A stretch of DNA of 48,534 nt, taken from the NCBI GenBank assembly GCA_045106515.1, contig JBGCER010000082.1:1-48534 (forward strand). The letters are read 5' to 3'. The position numbers and the translations under genes are program-made. The notes beneath the pieces are model-generated. The model was given only the letters and a program-made list of their open reading frames with translations. It was not told the DNA's origin and did not search any database. This document shows, one piece after another, positions 9,059 through 18,348 of this stretch; the first letter of the stretch is position 1; every line of letters starts with the position of its first letter. This DNA comes from Myxococcota bacterium (GTDB lineage Bacteria; Myxococcota_A; UBA796; GCA-2862545).

Positions 9059-9643
9059 GTGGCCAACCCCGAACACCAGCCTGAACTCGATGGATTCGAC
9101 CGCTTGACCGTGCGGCTGTACCGGCTCGGCTTGGGGCTATCCTCGCTCAGCCTTGGCGCGTTCGTCTGCCTCAGTGCGCTTCGGATGTTCGAGGTATTTC
9201 CCCCCTATTGGCTGCGTTTGGTGGGGCTGTGCGCCGTCGTGGCCTCGGTGGCCCTATCGGCGGCCTGCGTGCACTTGTACGACAAGAAGTTCCGGTGGCT
9301 GATCGCGGGAGTCTCGCCCTTGGGACTCGCGATTCTGGCCCTTGGACTCGCCCTGCCCGCCGAGTGGACCATCGCGTTGATCCTGCAATCTGCGGGTGTG
9401 GGCTTCACCTTGGTGAGCCTGTCAGCGCTGGCGGTGAAGGAGTGGTTTTGCTTCCGCATTCCGGGGCTACGGATCTCCCCGATCTTCCTGGGAGCCGGCG
9501 TGTTTGCCGTGCTGGCCGATTCCCCGCTGGCCATCGTGTTGTGTTGGGGGCCGGCCGCGGTGGTCGTGGGCTGGCTCGCTGTGCGAAAAGCGACCATGCC
9601 CCTGGGCCATGACGTTGGAGATCGAAGCTATTACCAGGTTTGA
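9059..9643 (+). CDS. Integral membrane protein (about 5-6 TM helices), function unknown
   Basis: Hydrophobic segments run throughout. It starts 9 nt after the carbamoyltransferase stop, so it is probably co-transcribed. I recognise no catalytic motif. Confidence 0.55.
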   Translation: MANPEHQPELDGFDRLTVRLYRLGLGLSSLSLGAFVCLSALRMFEVFPPYWLRLVGLCAVVASVALSAACVHLYDKKFRWLIAGVSPLGLAILALGLALPAEWTIALILQSAGVGFTLVSLSALAVKEWFCFRIPGLRISPIFLGAGVFAVLADSPLAIVLCWGPAAVVVGWLAVRKATMPLGHDVGDRSYYQV

Positions 9644-9647
9644 GCGC

Positions 9648-10157
9648 CTATTCTAGCTTCGTGGTGGCTGTCAGCCCGACCATGGCTGCTCGTCCCGCCG
9701 CTTTGACCCTCGGGTCGGGGTCGATAGATGCCGCCTCGAACAGGCCCACCCGCGCCTGCCGGTCGGCGACGGGGTGTTGAGACCAGGCGCGCAGGGCCGC
9801 GGTGCGGATGAAGGGGTGGGGTGCGGTTGTGGCGCTGTAGGTGTCGAGCATGGTGGCGTGCTCGGCGACTCGGTCGGGGTACGCACCCAGCAATTGCATC
9901 GCGCGATTCTTGACGATGCCCCGATTGTCACTCTCGATGATCCACATCAGCGTGGCATGGGCGTCGGCATGTTGATCGAGGGTATTGCGGTCGGGAAGGT
10001 CGTCCCGATGACGGGCCGAGAGCAGGCTGACCAGTGGCGCGGCGGACTTGGCGCTGATGCTTGCACGCGCCGTAGACGTAGGTTTGGTAGCCTCTTTTTT
10101 ACAGGCGGGGCTGACGACAGTGAGGGCGGCGAGCAGGAGCAGGGGCGTACGAAGCAT
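9648..10157 (-). CDS. Putative lipoprotein with HEAT/armadillo-like helical repeats
   Basis: The signal MLRTPLLLLAALTVVSPAC is followed by a helical repeat-like body (DPDPRVKAAGRAAM). Confidence 0.5.
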   Translation of the reverse strand: MLRTPLLLLAALTVVSPACKKEATKPTSTARASISAKSAAPLVSLLSARHRDDLPDRNTLDQHADAHATLMWIIESDNRGIVKNRAMQLLGAYPDRVAEHATMLDTYSATTAPHPFIRTAALRAWSQHPVADRQARVGLFEAASIDPDPRVKAAGRAAMVGLTATTKLE

Positions 10158-10202
10158 GGGCGGACCTAGGGTTGCGGGCCCATCGTACAGCCGGCGAGGC
10201 GA

Positions 10203-10379
10203 TCACGGGGTCTGGGCCTCGGCTTGTTCGAGCTCCTTCTGCATCTCCTCGGCCGCCGCGTAGAGCTTGGCTGCTGCGACCACGTCGCCGCTGCGCTGCA
10301 CATCGCGCGCCTTCTCCATAGTGGCCAAGTACTTCTTCTTGAGGGCTTTGGTGGGGTCGGTCTTGAACAGGCCAAACAT
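10203..10379 (-). CDS. Small 58-aa protein MFGLFKTDPTKALKKKYLATMEKARDVQRSGDVVAAAKLYAAAEEMQKELEQAEAQTP (Lacal_2735/DUF6435-like, from memory)
   Basis: It is absent from the ORF track because it is under 60 aa. I translated it by hand from the reverse strand: ATG at 10379 preceded by AAGGAGG plus a 5-nt spacer, and TGA at 10203-10205. The MFGLFK N-terminus and helical Lys/Glu-rich body match a small-protein family I recall. Confidence 0.55.
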   Translation of the reverse strand: MFGLFKTDPTKALKKKYLATMEKARDVQRSGDVVAAAKLYAAAEEMQKELEQAEAQTP

Positions 10380-10436
10380 CGGGGCCTCCTTGTGCAGAAC
10401 GTAAGACCCGGAGCGCCGGGGGGATCGTGACCGGGC

Positions 10437-11348
10437 TCACATCAAGATGCCTTGCTGGTTCGGTTTGAGTAACGGTGGCAGCTCGGTCTCCCCCAAGACC
10501 TCCCGTAGATTCACTTCGATGGTCCGGCTCATTGCGTTGAGTGGAAGCCCGTTGAAGAAGAGACTGAACGGGTCTTCGAGCACTCGACCCGCCTCGGAGA
10601 TGAGCTCGAAGGACAGGCAAACCAAGATGTTGGCGGGAATGACCAGAAGTCCCAGTTCCGGCACGATCGCCCACGGGAGCAGCACGCTGAAGTAGCGAAC
10701 GAGCTGTTCGGCGATGAAGCCATAGCCTCTTGGGAGGGGTGTTTTCTTGATTCGCTCGCAGCCACCTTGAATATCAAGAAGGGCTGCGATGGTGCGGTCG
10801 AAAGACTGGAGCTGGAGGGCGTCGATGTGTCCGGCCTTGTGCAGCGCCACCAGCTCGGTCTGGTGCTGCTGGAGCAGCGCGTGGGTCATATTGCTGCGGC
10901 CCACCAAGTCGGCCACATCAGAGTCGGCCCAAATTCGAGCTATTTCTCCATCTTTCATGGGATCCTGCTTGCGCAGCAGGCATCGCAGCACGTGCACGTA
11001 TGCGGTCTGGCGGATCACCAATCGCCGAGAGGCGCTGGCGAGCTCCGGTTGCTCAAGGTCCAGGTAGGTGGTGGCTTGGGTCGCGAACATTCGGCTGCTA
11101 TTGATGAGTCGGCCCCACAGCTTTCGCCCCTCCCACCACCGGTCGTAGGCGGAGTTGGTTCGGAACGAGACGAAGATGCCGATGGCGGCGCCCACGATGG
11201 ACAGTGGGATGATCGGAATGACGGCCCAATCCCAGCCCAGAGCCACGTGAACGCCTGCGGGCACGCCCGCGGCTGCTGCGTACAAGATGACCTTGGACCG
11301 TTGCCACTTGATCAGGGTCCAAACGCTACCCTTGGTGCTCATCATCAT
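10437..11348 (-). CDS. Bestrophin-like (UPF0187/YneE) ion channel family membrane protein
   Basis: FRTNSAYDRWWEGRKLWG is the family signature. The start is MMMSTKG at 11348 with GGAG upstream. The 137-aa extension in the track ORF runs antisense through the GNAT gene. Confidence 0.75.
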   Translation of the reverse strand: MMMSTKGSVWTLIKWQRSKVILYAAAAGVPAGVHVALGWDWAVIPIIPLSIVGAAIGIFVSFRTNSAYDRWWEGRKLWGRLINSSRMFATQATTYLDLEQPELASASRRLVIRQTAYVHVLRCLLRKQDPMKDGEIARIWADSDVADLVGRSNMTHALLQQHQTELVALHKAGHIDALQLQSFDRTIAALLDIQGGCERIKKTPLPRGYGFIAEQLVRYFSVLLPWAIVPELGLLVIPANILVCLSFELISEAGRVLEDPFSLFFNGLPLNAMSRTIEVNLREVLGETELPPLLKPNQQGILM

Positions 11349-11381
11349 GCTGGGACTCCGGGGCGATGACGCGGATCGCTG

Positions 11382-11864
11382 TTGTACCCCATACCGCTCC
11401 GCGACTACGGGGCGGCCGAGGAGGCGCTCGTGGCGGATGCATACACGGTGGGCATTGTGGGTGCGGAGTTCTTGCCCGATTGCTGGCAAATCCGCCGGCA
11501 GGTGTTCATTGATGGGCAAGACGTGCCTGAGTCCCTGGAGGTGGACGGGCTCGATGAGCAGTGTGTGCACGCACTCGTTCGGGTGGAGGGCGTCGCTGTG
11601 GGCACAGCCAGGCTGCGCCGTGTGGGTTCCGTCGCCAAGGTGGAACGCGTGGCGGTGTTGGAGACGCACCGGGGCTTGGGGCTCGGTCGGACCGTCATGG
11701 GCTGCATCGAGGCCGAGGCAGCCCGTCGTGGGTGGTTGGACCTCAAGCTCAACGCCCAAAAGGAAGTGGTGCAGTTCTACCTAGAGTTGGGCTACAAGCC
11801 AGTTGGCGACGAGTTCGTAGAGGCAGACATTGTGCATCAAGCCATGGTGAAGAGGCTGACCTAG
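11382..11864 (+). CDS. GNAT family N-acetyltransferase
   Basis: The acetyl-CoA motif is VAVLETHRGLGLGRTVM. The IRRQVFIDGQDVP block is typical of YjcF-like GNATs. The track start is a TTG, and the true start may be an internal GTG. Confidence 0.75.
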   Translation: MYPIPLRDYGAAEEALVADAYTVGIVGAEFLPDCWQIRRQVFIDGQDVPESLEVDGLDEQCVHALVRVEGVAVGTARLRRVGSVAKVERVAVLETHRGLGLGRTVMGCIEAEAARRGWLDLKLNAQKEVVQFYLELGYKPVGDEFVEADIVHQAMVKRLT

Positions 11865-11870
11865 GCGACC

Positions 11871-13433
11871 TCAGCCCTTGCCCGCTCGCCCGTCAAACCA
11901 CCCGAAGAACGTGGCGAGTTCAGCGCGCTGTGATGCTGGTAGCCAGTCAAAGTCCACACCTCGGTCGCTCACCTCCCAGAACTCGGGTTCGGTGATGGCC
12001 TCCAGCTCGGCTCGGATCGACAGGAGTCGCTCGGGCTTTTCATCCTGCATATCATGGAAAATACGCTGGGCTAAGGCGGTATTTCCGCGATATAGGTAGA
12101 AGGCAGCGAGCTTGGTCTGGGCTTTGCGGACGCCCCGCAAGCTCGCCTCCTGATGTTCGCCGCCATCTGGCTCTCGGTCGACCTGTAGGAAGATCTCTAG
12201 CAGCGCGTCGTGGCAGGAGGACTCTTGGTCGTAGGCCGCTTGTAGCAAGCCGCACAGGTCGTAAGCCGCGGTCTCTTGGATGAAGGCCAGGCTCCGAGAG
12301 AACGCGAGCTGACCATAGAAGCGCGCTCGGTCGGCCATCTCTGGAACGAGGCCTTCATGGGGTCCTCCCAGCAATCCTTCGGCCAGAGTTCGGTACTCGT
12401 TGAACACATTGTAGGCGGTACGAACGTCTTTCCCATTGATGGCATTACGTAGATAGGTATGCATTAATCGCAGGCTCAGGCGGGTGGCCTCCACGTTTTG
12501 GATTCCACTGCCAAGCAGAGCCAGTTTTCGCGTGTGGATGGCGACGATGTGCGCCACGTCTTGCAGGTCGTGGAGCGATTCGGCCAACACCCCTTGAAAC
12601 TGGCGGAAAACCTTCATCTCGACCCAGGTCCGCCTCTCGCTGAGCTGGGCGACGATACTGGGGTGGAAGCTGACGAAGTCTTGGTCGGTCGAGGCGAGTG
12701 GCTCCGCGTCGAACCACCGGACAGGCATGCGCTCGCGGGCCTCGATGGATGCGACTGCCACGTCTGTCAGCGCGTTGAGCGCCGCGATGGCGATGGCCTT
12801 GTCTTTCTTGACGACGCTGTTGAGGGCGATGTCTCCGAGTTGTTCAACGCTCTTGGTGAGCTCTCTGCGGCCCGCGTCGACGCGTCGATCGCCCCTGGCG
12901 GCCATTCGCAGGCCCGCCTCGGCTCTACGCTGAATGCGAGAGATGACGGATTGAGGGGTAAGGAAGTGAAAAACGTAGAGGAAGTAGGGCACCACAGTGG
13001 CGACGCTCAGCAGCATGGCGCCGGTGGCGGCCACCACCATGAGTGAGGGGTAGGTGGGACCGTACAGGCTCATGGCCGTCGCGAGCACCAGGGTGGAGGT
13101 GACCGTGAAAAAGCCCAGCACCATCACATTGATGGGATCTCGGAGGAAGAGCTCGGTGATCCGCGGTGTGTACCGAGCGGCGGCCAGCTCGACGATAATG
13201 GCCACGACGGTGATCGCGATGCCGAGCACGGCCACGGTCACTTCGCCCAAGCCGGCGACGGTGTCGGCGGTGCCGGGAAGTCCGAACAGGATCCACGGGT
13301 TGGAGGGGCCGGCCTGAGCGCCAAACTCCACGCCCCACAGCACGCCGTAGATGACGATGCTGGAGACGACCAGTCCAACAACGCCCAGCAGGGCGGTCAG
13401 GACAGGACGCTGATAGGGTCGGGCACGGCTCAC
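11871..13433 (-). CDS. Membrane protein with 4-5 N-terminal TM helices and a large soluble domain (DUF2254-like)
   Basis: N-terminal TM helices are present. The motif ELAAARYTPRI resembles the conserved Q(F/Y)SPR segment I recall for DUF2254. Confidence 0.5.
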   Translation of the reverse strand: MSRARPYQRPVLTALLGVVGLVVSSIVIYGVLWGVEFGAQAGPSNPWILFGLPGTADTVAGLGEVTVAVLGIAITVVAIIVELAAARYTPRITELFLRDPINVMVLGFFTVTSTLVLATAMSLYGPTYPSLMVVAATGAMLLSVATVVPYFLYVFHFLTPQSVISRIQRRAEAGLRMAARGDRRVDAGRRELTKSVEQLGDIALNSVVKKDKAIAIAALNALTDVAVASIEARERMPVRWFDAEPLASTDQDFVSFHPSIVAQLSERRTWVEMKVFRQFQGVLAESLHDLQDVAHIVAIHTRKLALLGSGIQNVEATRLSLRLMHTYLRNAINGKDVRTAYNVFNEYRTLAEGLLGGPHEGLVPEMADRARFYGQLAFSRSLAFIQETAAYDLCGLLQAAYDQESSCHDALLEIFLQVDREPDGGEHQEASLRGVRKAQTKLAAFYLYRGNTALAQRIFHDMQDEKPERLLSIRAELEAITEPEFWEVSDRGVDFDWLPASQRAELATFFGWFDGRAGKG

Positions 13434-13459
13434 GGGGCCAGCCTACACCTGGAGGCACC

Positions 13460-14059
13460 ATGCGCGGAATCTGCGTCCTGACACTTCTCATCGCCCTTCC
13501 CGCGATCGCCGCTCCAACGGTGCCTCGCGATCAGATCACGATGGTGCCCGAGGCCTGGCGCGGTCAGTGGGCTCCGTATGATGAGGCCGTGCAGACGGCG
13601 AAGGAGGCGCTGGCCGACGCGGAGCGGACTGCCACTGCCGCCAATGCGGAGCTCGATCGGGCGGACGCGGCACTCGGTCGCGCCAAGGATATGGAAAAGC
13701 AGGCGGCAAAAGCGCATAAGGCGGCCCGAAAGGCCAAGGACCCGGCCCGCTCCAAGGCGGCAGCGGCGAACAAGGCCACGGCGCTGTCCGATCTGTCGGA
13801 TGCGGGACGGCGGCACGCCAAGGCCACCTCGGATCGAGACCTGGCTCAAGCCAACGTGGACCTGTGTGAGGCCAAGGTGAGCTGGGCGCAAGCGCGTCGA
13901 GAGCAGGTGGTGGCCCAGGCCGTGTCCGACGCTGGCGGCTGGGCTGAGATGGTGCGATTCGACGGAGCGCTGGCCGAAGCGGCCGAGGCCGTAAAGACCG
14001 CGGAAGCGCGGCTGGAGACCGCCAAGGCCCAAGCGGTCCTGACGGCCCAAGGTCGCTAG
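13460..14059 (+). CDS. Secreted Ala/Lys-rich coiled-coil protein, hypothetical
   Basis: The signal peptide MRGICVLTLLIALPAIAAP is followed by a low-complexity helical body. Confidence 0.5.
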   Translation: MRGICVLTLLIALPAIAAPTVPRDQITMVPEAWRGQWAPYDEAVQTAKEALADAERTATAANAELDRADAALGRAKDMEKQAAKAHKAARKAKDPARSKAAAANKATALSDLSDAGRRHAKATSDRDLAQANVDLCEAKVSWAQARREQVVAQAVSDAGGWAEMVRFDGALAEAAEAVKTAEARLETAKAQAVLTAQGR

Positions 14060-14064
14060 TTCGC

Positions 14065-17000
14065 CTACTTCGGCACGAAGGCTTCGCGAGTGACGGCGTT
14101 GCCCACCACGTCCTCGACGCTGGTGTGCAGTGGCAGCGCCTGGTTCCCGAGCCAGAGCTTGGCCTGGTCATCGAAGTTCTCGGAGTCGGCGATGCCGGAG
14201 TTTCCACCAGGAAGTACGTTCTCACCTTGGTTTTGTTCAGGGTTCATCTCCACGACGAACCGGAAAACCGGCCCAGCGCCATACGTGAACCGCTGACCAT
14301 TCGTGCCGGAGTTGCCGGCGTCGACGTTGAGGTGATCGCCGTGCCGCGGGAATCCAGGCAGGTTCCGTCGAGGGTCGTTGGGTGCCAGACCTTCGGCGAC
14401 AGCGACGCGCTTCGGCGTGATGGAGAAGCCCTCGGCCAGAGAGGCGAAGGTGGGATCGTCGCCCAAGAACTCGGCGATCACGCTCTCGAATCGCACCATG
14501 TGGCGAAGGCCCCAGAGCCACTTGTCCATCTCTGGGGTGCCGAATCCGCCCTCTCCGGGTCCGGTAGCGGGACTCTCCAGGAAGTCGAGGGCGCCTGTGA
14601 CGGCCGCGATCATGAGCTCGTCGGACGTCTCGACGACCTCGGTGCCGTCGATGTCGAAGTAGATCGACTCACCGGTCTCTTCGTTAAAAGAGGCGAGGCC
14701 CGCCGGATTGTCCGCGCCTCGGCCTTCAAGGAGGAAGCGCTTGATCACGCGCTGGCGACCCGAGTCTCCGGTGGGGGCGAAGGTGCCGGATGGGATCTGC
14801 TCATCGTCGATGACGCTACGGAGGAATCGGCCGTACCACGCGTTGAAGATCATGGTCGCGACGCTGTCGTCCAGGTCGTCGCCCTGGACGTCATTGTAGA
14901 ACGTCTCGACTCCGGAACGTGCTTGGAAGCCCCGGTCTGACCAGCCGGTCAGCCGATCTCGCACCTCGGTGAGCCGGTCGGCGTCCGCGTCCCACAGATC
15001 GGCCAGGCGCTGCTCCGTTGGGGTTCTGGGCCCATCGGTGCTGCTGATGGTCTCGGCTCGGTCCAAGGCCTCGAGCAGGGGCGGCCAGAACTGCTCGCCT
15101 AGGCGACTGTCGTGGTTGGCCTGAAGGTCTTGCATGCCTTGGATTGTGGCGCCGCCATCGGCGATTTGGGCGGTAAGCTCGCGTGAGATCGTGTCGGCTC
15201 GGTAGCCCTCAAGCCAGGGGCCGCCCACGTACCAGCCATCGTTGTGAAGGTCATTGTCGAACGTCTGGCCGCCGGGATCGTTGTTCGCCGCCACCAGGAA
15301 CTGCTGCGCGGGGTTCTTCGACCAGGGGTAGCCATCGAACGGAACGAGGCAGCCAGGGTCATCGAGGGGGGCGCTCAGGTCCACGTGGCCATCGGCGGTG
15401 AGCGGCACCTTGAAGCCGCCGTGCCGGGTGCCGTCGAGCAAGAGCCGGGGATCGGACCCCTCAGCCCAGCTGCCGTCGGGATTCCTTTCCAGCTGAGTGC
15501 GGCAAGGTACGGCTTGGAAGCCGGTGTAGAGAATGTCGCCTTGGCTATCTGCGGCGATGAGCCCCGCAGCATTGCCCACCAGATCTTTGGTGGAATCGCG
15601 GAACTCGTCGACGGTGGTGGCGTCGGCGAAGCCCCAGAGCCCAACGACGGCGGGGCTGCCTTCGAGTGGGGTGTAGTCGAAGCTAATCCCCGTGATGACG
15701 TTGTCGCCGTCTGTATCGCTAGGCACGATCTGGTCGCCGCCCATCCACACCGCCGACTCGCCGTCGCCCGGCTCCCCATCGGAGAGGCGACGTCCCTCGA
15801 TATCGGCGATCCACTTGCCATCTGCGGTGGTCCATCGCGTCCACGTGATCGTGCCGCCTTCGCTGTTGAGCAGAGGCACTTCTCGGATGTTGGCCGTCTC
15901 TTGCACCGCCACCAGAGGCACCCACTCGCCGCGGAACCGAGCGGCCTTGGGCACACCCTTGTCGTCGAGCTGGATCTCCTCTCGGTACCAGTCGGTCACG
16001 TCGCCAAAGAAGGCGATTTGACCCCAAGAAACGTCGCCATTGGTCCCAGGCCCGGGGACAGGCACACCTGGGATCGCCATACCTGTAAAAGCAAGTTCAT
16101 CCTTACCTTTAGACAGAAGTTCCGTGTTGAGTCCGATCTGGTAGAACAGAGGCGGAATGGTGAGCGCGAGGTGGCCGTCTCCGGCCAGCAGGGCGTTGCC
16201 GGTCGCGGAGCCTTCCGCGGACACCGCCCAGGCGTTGGAGCCCCATCCGTGCTCCCAGTCGTGCCCACGAATGTGGTCCCACCGTGCACGGCGCTTGAGG
16301 ATGCGCTCGACCGGCTCCCATGGCACGGCTGGAAGGTCCATACCGGGCACACCGATGGTCTGCCGCGGGTGCGCGATCGGATCCCATTCCGGGGCGCTCG
16401 CTACGTTGAACACGGGCTCGACGCGGTCCCAAAGGTCAGGACGTAAGCCCGCTTGGCGTAGCTCCGACTGATCGAAGTCCCGATACCAGTCGTCGAGCCG
16501 GTCGATGGTGTAGCCGCGACCCACGTCGCCGCTTTCGAAGCCGGACATGGCGAGTACCGTGGCGGCGCCTGCGATGACATCCAAGCGGTCGAACGGGGTC
16601 ATCAGGTCGAGCGCATCGTCGGCGTTCAAGGTGCCGGCTGCGAAGTCGTACTCCGACGGGGGCGGGAGCGTGCCCGCTTTGACGGCGTCCAAATAGGCGT
16701 TGACGCCTTCGGCGTAGCCGTCCACAACCTCGAGAATGTCGGGGTGGTGCGTCTCAATGAGCGTGAGCATGTTCTCGGCGATGACCCGGTTTCCCTCGGC
16801 GCGGGACTCCATGTCGGCCTCGAGGGCGTCTTCTCCCAGGACCTCGGACAGCTCGCCCAACGCGAGGCGGCGCGACAGATCCATGATGAAATATCGGTCC
16901 CTAGCGAGCTGAAAGCCCCAGACGACGGCCAGATCTCGCCGGTTCTTGGCGTAGATGTGCGGCACGCCGCCATCGGTGAAGATCACGTGGGCATCGTCGG

Positions 17001-17103
17001 ACAGGGTGGGCAGGGTCCACCGGGCCGTCGCTTCGACTTCGAGGAGCGGCTTCGCTGGATTGCCGCAAGCGGCCATCATCAACAGAACAGGGAGTAAACG
17101 CAT
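14065..17103 (-). CDS. Penicillin acylase / Ntn-hydrolase family (peptidase S45) lipoprotein, possibly an acyl-homoserine-lactone or beta-lactam acylase
   Basis: The autoproteolytic and catalytic Ser context is GWGSNAWAVS...ATGNALLAGDGHL. I set the start at MRLLPVLLMMAACG (lipobox) at 17103. Confidence 0.8.
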   Translation of the reverse strand: MRLLPVLLMMAACGNPAKPLLEVEATARWTLPTLSDDAHVIFTDGGVPHIYAKNRRDLAVVWGFQLARDRYFIMDLSRRLALGELSEVLGEDALEADMESRAEGNRVIAENMLTLIETHHPDILEVVDGYAEGVNAYLDAVKAGTLPPPSEYDFAAGTLNADDALDLMTPFDRLDVIAGAATVLAMSGFESGDVGRGYTIDRLDDWYRDFDQSELRQAGLRPDLWDRVEPVFNVASAPEWDPIAHPRQTIGVPGMDLPAVPWEPVERILKRRARWDHIRGHDWEHGWGSNAWAVSAEGSATGNALLAGDGHLALTIPPLFYQIGLNTELLSKGKDELAFTGMAIPGVPVPGPGTNGDVSWGQIAFFGDVTDWYREEIQLDDKGVPKAARFRGEWVPLVAVQETANIREVPLLNSEGGTITWTRWTTADGKWIADIEGRRLSDGEPGDGESAVWMGGDQIVPSDTDGDNVITGISFDYTPLEGSPAVVGLWGFADATTVDEFRDSTKDLVGNAAGLIAADSQGDILYTGFQAVPCRTQLERNPDGSWAEGSDPRLLLDGTRHGGFKVPLTADGHVDLSAPLDDPGCLVPFDGYPWSKNPAQQFLVAANNDPGGQTFDNDLHNDGWYVGGPWLEGYRADTISRELTAQIADGGATIQGMQDLQANHDSRLGEQFWPPLLEALDRAETISSTDGPRTPTEQRLADLWDADADRLTEVRDRLTGWSDRGFQARSGVETFYNDVQGDDLDDSVATMIFNAWYGRFLRSVIDDEQIPSGTFAPTGDSGRQRVIKRFLLEGRGADNPAGLASFNEETGESIYFDIDGTEVVETSDELMIAAVTGALDFLESPATGPGEGGFGTPEMDKWLWGLRHMVRFESVIAEFLGDDPTFASLAEGFSITPKRVAVAEGLAPNDPRRNLPGFPRHGDHLNVDAGNSGTNGQRFTYGAGPVFRFVVEMNPEQNQGENVLPGGNSGIADSENFDDQAKLWLGNQALPLHTSVEDVVGNAVTREAFVPK

Positions 17104-17165
17104 GGGCACAACCTTGGAGGAAGCACGCGTGTAGCCCGTTATGTCCATCGATGCCCGGCGCGGCT

Positions 17166-17576
17166 TCACTCGATGGGGGTGGGCAGGGCTTGCAACGCGA
17201 CAAAGACGATTGGCTCGTCATCTCCGGGGAATAGGAGCGAGATTTCCCGTTCGCTGAAGTCGTCGACGATCAACGTTTGGGTGCGGTTGATCTCGTCTTC
17301 TTGCAGCGACCAAACCGGGGTGAGGACCAGCTCCCCGCTGAATATGTTCCACCGCCCGGACGCGACGGCGACTCCGGTCTCCTCTACGGGGTACTCGTAT
17401 CGCTGAAAGGCAGGTCGAACGTCAGAAAGTGCTGTGGCGTCGATCTGCTCTGCGAACTCCCAGACCCGGTGGTTGCCATCGTCGATTCGGCCCCAGAATC
17501 CGAGCAGGTTCTCGGGCTCGACCTCGGGCGCGCACCCCAGGCTGGCGGTGCACAGCAGCAGCAGGGACAGGCGCAT
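17166..17576 (-). CDS. Small lipoprotein, hypothetical
   Basis: The signal is MRLSLLLLCTASLGC, with GGAG 5 nt upstream. I trimmed the upstream extension in the track ORF. Confidence 0.55.
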   Translation of the reverse strand: MRLSLLLLCTASLGCAPEVEPENLLGFWGRIDDGNHRVWEFAEQIDATALSDVRPAFQRYEYPVEETGVAVASGRWNIFSGELVLTPVWSLQEDEINRTQTLIVDDFSEREISLLFPGDDEPIVFVALQALPTPIE

Positions 17577-17647
17577 GGCGGCTCCAGATGTGGCGAGAAG
17601 ATGTGTGTGCTGGGGGGCGACGGGCCTTCGATGCGGCGTGCCCTTTT

Positions 17648-18274
17648 CTAGTCTGGCCATGTGGTGAACGAACCGTCCAGTGTCATTCCCAGTGGAGGCA
17701 CGCCCGAAACGCCTTCCACATCTCCCGAGAAGCGGCCAGAGTTGGCGAAGAACCCATTCCATTCCACGGCGGTGGGCAAGAGTACGTCCATGGTGACCGT
17801 GCCTTGCACCCGGGCGCTGTCCAAGAAGTCGCCTTGGAGGGAGCCCGTGTAGGTGCCGTCCAAGAACAGGGCGAGGCCGCCGCCGAATTCGCAGCTGGCC
17901 GTGCCCATCACGGGCGGATCCGCGGTCGCGTTCACGACGATCTCGATGGTGCCCCGGCAGGTGTCTCTGACGCCCCCGATATCTTCGGCCACCACCACGA
18001 TGTCCACCGAGCCATTGTAGGTGCCATCTCGGTCGGGGGTGACGTCGGTGTCCGTGTCGGCATCGGTGTCGGTGTCCGTATCGGTGTCGGTGTCCGTATC
18101 GGTGTCGGTGTCCGTATCGGTGTCCGTATCGGTGTCCGTATCGGTGTCGGTGTCGGTGTCCGTGTCGGTATCAGCCGGGGCGTCCGTTTCCGCCGGCGAA
18201 TCTCGATATTGGGTCATTGGGCGAAGGCCAGGACCGCAACCGGCCAGCACCGCCACGAGGACAACGTTTCGCAT
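17648..18274 (-). CDS. Lipoprotein with a long (Asp-Thr)n linker, hypothetical
   Basis: The signal MRNVVLVAVLAGCG is followed by about 18 consecutive DT dipeptides and then a globular C-terminal domain. Confidence 0.6.
   Translation of the reverse strand: MRNVVLVAVLAGCGPGLRPMTQYRDSPAETDAPADTDTDTDTDTDTDTDTDTDTDTDTDTDTDTDTDTDTDADTDTDVTPDRDGTYNGSVDIVVVAEDIGGVRDTCRGTIEIVVNATADPPVMGTASCEFGGGLALFLDGTYTGSLQGDFLDSARVQGTVTMDVLLPTAVEWNGFFANSGRFSGDVEGVSGVPPLGMTLDGSFTTWPD
18044..18172 (-). repeat. In-frame tandem repeat (6/12/18-nt units ggtgtc / ggtgtccgtatc) encoding (DT)n
   Basis: By direct reading, ggtgtccgtatc recurs at least 5 times, interspersed with ggtgtc. The tract is 129 nt, or 43 codons. 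Confidence 0.9.
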
Positions 18275-18348
18275 AGCCCACTCCAAGGGACCAGAGTCTA
18301 CCGCGATGACGGTGGACCTGCACTGGCTGGGTGTTCGGGGGCGGAGGG

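Noticed and set aside
11349-11759. N-terminal extension of the bestrophin-like ORF (440-aa version).
   Set aside because: It runs antisense through the GNAT gene. The MMMSTKG start has a GGAG RBS and gives a family-typical length of about 300 aa.
18044-18172. Short tandem repeats considered as a possible CRISPR-like or regulatory array.
   Set aside because: The units are 6-18 nt with no spacers. They lie entirely inside a coding frame, where they encode (DT)n.
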